Positions 59,318 to 64,000 of a stretch of DNA of 64,000 bases are shown piece by piece. The notes beneath the pieces are model-generated. The model worked only from the letters and a program-made list of their open reading frames with translations, was not told where the DNA came from and did no database searches. Within the stretch, counting starts at the first letter, position 1. The number at the start of each line of letters is the position of its first letter. A program made the position numbers and the translations under genes. Origin of the DNA: an uncultured Clostridium sp. (GTDB lineage Bacteria; Bacillota; Clostridia; TANB77; CAG-508). Location of the stretch: positions 3,365 through 67,364 of the forward strand of contig CAMMDS010000004.1 of assembly GCA_946495655.1 (NCBI GenBank), read 5' to 3'.

Positions 59318-60835
59318 TTACCTTTTTCTTCTTCTAACTACCCACACTATAATTCCAATTATAATGATTATTGCAGGTATCGCAAATATTATTGAAAGAA
59401 TTATAGTATTTTGTTCTTGAGTTACTGTATATGTTGAAACTTCAGCATCTTTTCTTATTGTAATCATGTTGTCTCTTTCTGTTAAATATGCAATAGAATT
59501 CATTGCTAAATCTTCATTGTTATAAAAATCTAGAGCATAACTAAAATATTCTTGGCTAATTGCTATTCTTAGGTTTGTTATAAATATATTATTTGAATAA
59601 ACAATTAATTCTGATGTAGTTTCTTCATCTATTGTCTTTTTTACTAATGCTCCTACTGTAGCACTTGGTGAATCTTCATCATCCTCTGTTTTTGAATTAG
59701 ATTCTAGTGAATAATCTGTTCTATAAAAAGATTCTGTACTTGTAGTTGCTAATGTTTCTATTTCTACTCCTAGTTCTTCTAATTCTGCACTATCTGCCAC
59801 ATCTATTCTACCTGTTGTCATAAAACATGCATTCATATTCATATTAGTTTCTTGAGTTACGCTAGTATATGGACTTACAGTAACTAATATTGCAGATGGT
59901 GTTCCATAAAGCATTTTGCTACTATCTTGTTCTAACATTACTCCCTCTGAAATGCTTACCCCATATTCATCTAATATATCTTGGAAATTTGGCATTTCTT
60001 TTCCTGTTGTATTTGGATCAGAGAATAATATAATCTTTCCTCCAGCTTGAATATAATCTAATATCGCATCTCTTTCCGCTTCTGTTATATCTTCTGATAG
60101 AGTTGTTATCATTAATACTGCAGCATCTTCTGGAATTTCTCCTGCTGTCAATAAATCTAAATCATTAAACTCATAAGCTTCATCTTGTAGATCTTGTATG
60201 AAATAGTAATAATAATCTGATGAATATTTGTTATGTCCTGTTAAATTATATATTACTGGTTTTTCTTCAGTTGTTACATCTATTATCGCATTTGTTAATG
60301 CCTCTTCTGTTATATCCTTTTGTTGATATGTTGTATAATCTATGGTATATAAATCATAACTAGAAAGTACTTTAGATTTATCTCCACTTTTTACAATTAT
60401 TGCATAGCTATCTGATGTTAATCCATATTCATCTGTTAAATCTGGTCTAGATGTAACATCATTTACAACTTCTACTTTTATTTTATCATTTACACTATTA
60501 TATTTATTTGCATAATCTTCTTGAGATTCAGACATATTAACTAATATGATTTCTACATCTTCATCTATTGATTCTGCTATATCTTTTGATTGTTCTGATA
60601 AACTATATATTTTATCTTCTGTAAAATCAAAATCTGTTAAGTTTTCATTCTCAACTAGAATATTTATTCCTATACAAACTGCAACAATAATTAAAATCAA
60701 TAAAACTGTTAAAGACGTTTGTTTTAACCATTTACCTGTTCCTGTTTTTTGTTTTTTCTCCTTTTTTACTATTAAATCTTTGTTTTCTTTATTAATCTTC
60801 TCTTCTTTTTTATTTTCTTTTTTCACCAATTTCAC
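59318..60835 (-). CDS. GldG-like ABC transporter auxiliary component
   Basis: DFTEDKIYSLS, EEALTNAI, GH, NEDLAMNSIAYL, terminal TM + RRRKR. Confidence 0.8.
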   Translation of the reverse strand: MKLVKKENKKEEKINKENKDLIVKKEKKQKTGTGKWLKQTSLTVLLILIIVAVCIGINILVENENLTDFDFTEDKIYSLSEQSKDIAESIDEDVEIILVNMSESQEDYANKYNSVNDKIKVEVVNDVTSRPDLTDEYGLTSDSYAIIVKSGDKSKVLSSYDLYTIDYTTYQQKDITEEALTNAIIDVTTEEKPVIYNLTGHNKYSSDYYYYFIQDLQDEAYEFNDLDLLTAGEIPEDAAVLMITTLSEDITEAERDAILDYIQAGGKIILFSDPNTTGKEMPNFQDILDEYGVSISEGVMLEQDSSKMLYGTPSAILVTVSPYTSVTQETNMNMNACFMTTGRIDVADSAELEELGVEIETLATTSTESFYRTDYSLESNSKTEDDEDSPSATVGALVKKTIDEETTSELIVYSNNIFITNLRIAISQEYFSYALDFYNNEDLAMNSIAYLTERDNMITIRKDAEVSTYTVTQEQNTIILSIIFAIPAIIIIIGIIVWVVRRRKR

Positions 60836-60842
60836 CCCTTTT

Positions 60843-61526
60843 CTACTTTACTGTTTTTCTTCTCTTAATTACAATTATTGTAATCAAGATACACATTACT
60901 GTAATTGAAACTAAACTTACTAAATCTGCTACTGAAATTAAGCCATTTGGGAATTTCATAAATTTATCTATTAAATCTATACTTGAGAATATTTCACTTA
61001 TATCTACTAAAAACCAGGGTGCAACCAATACCACGATTGTAATTATTGCGGCTATTATTTGATTTTCTGTAATACTAGAAGCAAGCATTCCTATAGAAGT
61101 AGCTGCCATTGCAACTAATAGAAATCCTAGCATAGTTACAATTAATGTTGGTATATTTACATTTCCAAAAAAGCTTATTATTACTGCATAAACTATTGAA
61201 AATATCATTGTAATTAGAATTACTGCAACTGCAGCAAAAAATTTTCCTAGTACAATTGATGTTACACTTCTTGGTGATGTAAGTAATAATTGTTCTGTTC
61301 CATTTTTTCTCTCTTCTGCAAACATTCTCATTGTAAGTAATGGTACAATTAGTAATAATCCATATCTAGCAGTTGCATAATATAAATCTCCCATAAAAAC
61401 CGATCCATAAGTAATTGTTGTTATATAGAAAAATATACTATACAATAGCATGAAAATTCCAATTGCAATATATCCTATTGGAGATAGAAAATATGTCTTT
61501 AATTCTTTTTTAAATATTGTCCACAT
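60843..61526 (-). CDS. ABC-2 type permease (GldF-like)
   Basis: KKELKTYFLSPIGY, LTMRMFAEERKNGTEQLLLTSP. Confidence 0.88.
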   Translation of the reverse strand: MWTIFKKELKTYFLSPIGYIAIGIFMLLYSIFFYITTITYGSVFMGDLYYATARYGLLLIVPLLTMRMFAEERKNGTEQLLLTSPRSVTSIVLGKFFAAVAVILITMIFSIVYAVIISFFGNVNIPTLIVTMLGFLLVAMAATSIGMLASSITENQIIAAIITIVVLVAPWFLVDISEIFSSIDLIDKFMKFPNGLISVADLVSLVSITVMCILITIIVIKRRKTVK

Positions 61527-62584
61527 TATTTTTTCTCCTCCTTTTTATCATTTTTTACTTCTTTGCTATTTTCTTCTATTTTTTGTTCTTCATTTTTTTC
61601 TACAACTTTAGTATCAATTAATTTTATAAATGCATCTTCCAATGTTGTTTCTGTTTTCTTTAATTCAAAAATTACTATTTCTTCTTTTGGCAATACTTCG
61701 AATAATCTCTTTCTTAAATCTATATTTGAAGAAGTTGTAATAATATATTGTTTGGTTCCATCTTCATTGTCTTTTACAAGTTCTATGTTATCGATTTCTT
61801 TAATTTTTTCTTTTAGATTTTTCATATTATCTTTAAGATCTTCTACAGTTACTGAAATACCATTTTTCTCTCTAGCAGATTTCTCTAAATTTTCTGGAGT
61901 ATCTATTGCCACTATCTTTCCTTTATTTATTATTACTACTCTTTCACAAATTTGACTTACTTCTGATAATATGTGTGAGCTTAATATAACTGTATGTTTT
62001 TTTCCTAAATCTTTTATTAAATTTCTTATTTCTGTTATTTGTTTTGGGTCCAATCCTACTGTTGGTTCATCTAGTATAATAACATCAGGATTTCCAATTA
62101 AAGCTCCGGCCATACTAACTCTTTGCTTATAACCTCTTGATAAATTTCTTATTAATTTATTTTTTACTTCTTCTAGTCCAACATCTGCTATTACTTTTTC
62201 TACTTGCTCTTTTCTTTCGTTTCTTTTTACCATTTTTAGTTCAGCTATATATGTTATGAATTCTTTTGTAGTCAATTCATAATATAGAGGAACATTTTCA
62301 GGCATATACCCTATGTCTTTTTTAGCTTTTCTAGGTCTTCTTGAAATATCATTCCCATTGATTATGATTTGACCAGATGTTGGTTCAATGAATCCTGTAA
62401 TCATATTCATTGTAGTACTTTTACCAGCCCCATTTGGGCCTAAAAATCCTACCACTTCGCCATCTTTTACATCGAAACTAATGTTATCAACAGCTATGGT
62501 AGATCCATACTTTTTTGTGACATTTTTTACTTCTATCACTATTTTTTCCTCCAATCTCTTACTTCCGTATGTTTTTACGTTCAT
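61526..62584 (-). CDS. ABC transporter ATP-binding protein (GldA-like; likely GTG start ~62539)
   Basis: GPNGAGKST, LSRGYKQR, ILDEPTVGLDP, SSH. Confidence 0.93.
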   Translation of the reverse strand: MNVKTYGSKRLEEKIVIEVKNVTKKYGSTIAVDNISFDVKDGEVVGFLGPNGAGKSTTMNMITGFIEPTSGQIIINGNDISRRPRKAKKDIGYMPENVPLYYELTTKEFITYIAELKMVKRNERKEQVEKVIADVGLEEVKNKLIRNLSRGYKQRVSMAGALIGNPDVIILDEPTVGLDPKQITEIRNLIKDLGKKHTVILSSHILSEVSQICERVVIINKGKIVAIDTPENLEKSAREKNGISVTVEDLKDNMKNLKEKIKEIDNIELVKDNEDGTKQYIITTSSNIDLRKRLFEVLPKEEIVIFELKKTETTLEDAFIKLIDTKVVEKNEEQKIEENSKEVKNDKKEEKK

Positions 62585-62692
62585 ATATTAGCATTATTTT
62601 TTTGTATAATCAATATATTTCACATAAAATTCACATTTATTACCATTATTTATTGTAAGGCTTCATGTATTTTTTAGCATTTATTATTGAGC

Positions 62693-62882
62693 CAGAGTAA
62701 CATTTCTCTAAAAAATATTTCGAATATGTCAGTCAAGCTGATTTTTATACAACTTCTAAAAGAAATTTTATCAGCGCCCTCACGATGCGCGTGAGATTCC
62801 CTAATAAAATTTTTTAAAAAGTTGTATATTCAAATCACATTCCATTCCATATTCTCATATTTTTTAGAGAAATGTTACTCTG
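62693..62882. other. 190-nt rod-like inverted-repeat element (6S-like RNA or MITE)
   Basis: 26-bp perfect terminal IR CAGAGTAACATTTCTCTAAAAAATAT, 10x10 internal bubble, second long stem, apical CTCACG..CGTGAG hairpin. Confidence 0.6.
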
Positions 62883-62984
62883 CCCAAGAAATAAAATCAA
62901 AACCTATAAAATCCGTCTATTTTTCATAATTTTCTTATACACGAATATATTTAAATATATTACTTATTATGGTTATTTGATTTA

Positions 62985-63602
62985 TTGGAGGTTATTATGG
63001 AGTTTTTATATCCTCTTTTTATATCTTTTATAATGGTTTTTATTGCAGAACTTGGCGATAAGACTCAATTACTTGTTCTTTCTTTTTCTGGTGGAGTTAG
63101 AACTAGAAATATTATTCTTGGTATTGCATTAGGATCTTTTTTCAGCCATGGAATGGCTATATTATTTGGAAGTAGAATAGGACTATTAGATAATGAATAT
63201 ATACAAAATATAATTAAAACTTTTACATATTCTTCATTTATTTTAATTGGTATCTTATCTTTGCTTCCTCAAAAAGAAAAAATTCATTCTGATGATGATA
63301 AAAAAGATGGATTAATAAAGAAAATATCTAATTTAAAAATCAATTACACTTTTATAATTGCTTTATCTATTTTAGTAGGAGAATTAGGAGATAAAACATT
63401 TTTAGCTTCGCTTGGATTTGGTATACAATATCCTTCTTATAAAATAGTTTTAATTATTGGTGCAATTTTAGGTATGATAGCAAGTGATTCAATTGCAATT
63501 ATCTCAGGAAAGTTTTTAAGTAAGTATATTTCTGAAGAAAAGATGCAAAAATTCTCTGGAATTTTATTTTTAATATTTGGAATTTTAGGTTTTATTATCT
63601 AA
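62985..63602 (+). CDS. TMEM165/GDT1 (UPF0016) family transporter (likely start 62997)
   Basis: Two ELGDKT motifs. Confidence 0.92.
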   Translation: MEVIMEFLYPLFISFIMVFIAELGDKTQLLVLSFSGGVRTRNIILGIALGSFFSHGMAILFGSRIGLLDNEYIQNIIKTFTYSSFILIGILSLLPQKEKIHSDDDKKDGLIKKISNLKINYTFIIALSILVGELGDKTFLASLGFGIQYPSYKIVLIIGAILGMIASDSIAIISGKFLSKYISEEKMQKFSGILFLIFGILGFII

Positions 63603-63669
63603 ATATTATTTTAAATATTTAGATAATTAAATAATTTTTCAAATAAAAAAAATATATATTAAAATATAT

Positions 63670-63710
63670 AAAAATCAGAAGATTATATTAACCATATCTT
63701 CTGATTTTTT
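63670..63710. terminator. Bidirectional terminator
   Basis: AAAAATCAGAAGAT...ATCTTCTGATTTTT. Confidence 0.7.
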
Positions 63711-63744
63711 ATTTAATTTATGATTTGTTATATCTTATTTACAG

Positions 63745-64000
63745 TTAATCCTCATTTATCAATGTCTTAATCCACACTTCTTCCCCATTCTCATTTTTTA
63801 TCCTTAAGTTTGGAAAAGTTCTTGAAATTCGATCATTTGTAAAATAATTGTTTTCTATGTTTTCCCTTAACTGCGAAATAATATTATTTGATTCAGCTCT
63901 ATATTCTTTGTTATATAATACTCTATTTTGATATGTCTGTATACCCCATATAGTAACTAAACAATCTATAAATAAGAATATGAATATTCCTAAATCTATA
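63745..64000 (-). CDS. 3' end of a membrane protein, truncated by the window edge
   Basis: Open frame ...IFIFLFIDCLVTIWGIQTYQNR...FTNDRISRTFPNLRIK...NED-stop. Confidence 0.6.
   Translation of the reverse strand, partial: IDLGIFIFLFIDCLVTIWGIQTYQNRVLYNKEYRAESNNIISQLRENIENNYFTNDRISRTFPNLRIKNENGEEVWIKTLINED

Overview
Very AT-rich Firmicutes (Clostridia-like) chromosomal window. The housekeeping backbone includes a Spo0E-like gene, an M16 peptidase pair, rpsU, a GH25-LysM hydrolase, cysK, dGTPase, nrdDG, a Crp/Fnr regulator, SOD, TspO, UcpA-like SDR, DUF2207, desulfoferrodoxin, comEA, a D,D-carboxypeptidase, LCP, and a Gld-like ABC transporter. It is interrupted by three defence blocks: (i) a PbeABCD-like (phosphorothioate-associated) operon with no dnd genes in the window, headed by a 1178-aa sigma4/alphaCTD-like protein (14.4-22.7 kb); (ii) a ~21-kb element integrated in initiator tRNA-Met (att core 26991/48251), with integrase, xis, a phage-type replication pair and defence cargo (Ppl-like, PLD-SNF2 + IIG-like MTase + PC4 + HEPN-like, Fic, ASCH/PIN-GNAT), but no capsid or conjugation genes; (iii) a Tsp45I-like type II RM pair just outside attR. 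Most striking: the only in-frame CGG codons I found by manual scan (one in the Crp/Fnr gene, two in the DUF2207 gene) all sit where skipping one base (C-GGN read as Gly) restores the expected protein. This suggests CGG-triggered +1 recoding, but sequencing error is not excluded. Several unexplained structured non-coding elements are also present (8114-8313, 11103-11224, 34485-34594, 62693-62882). All family calls come from motif recognition by eye; no database search was run.
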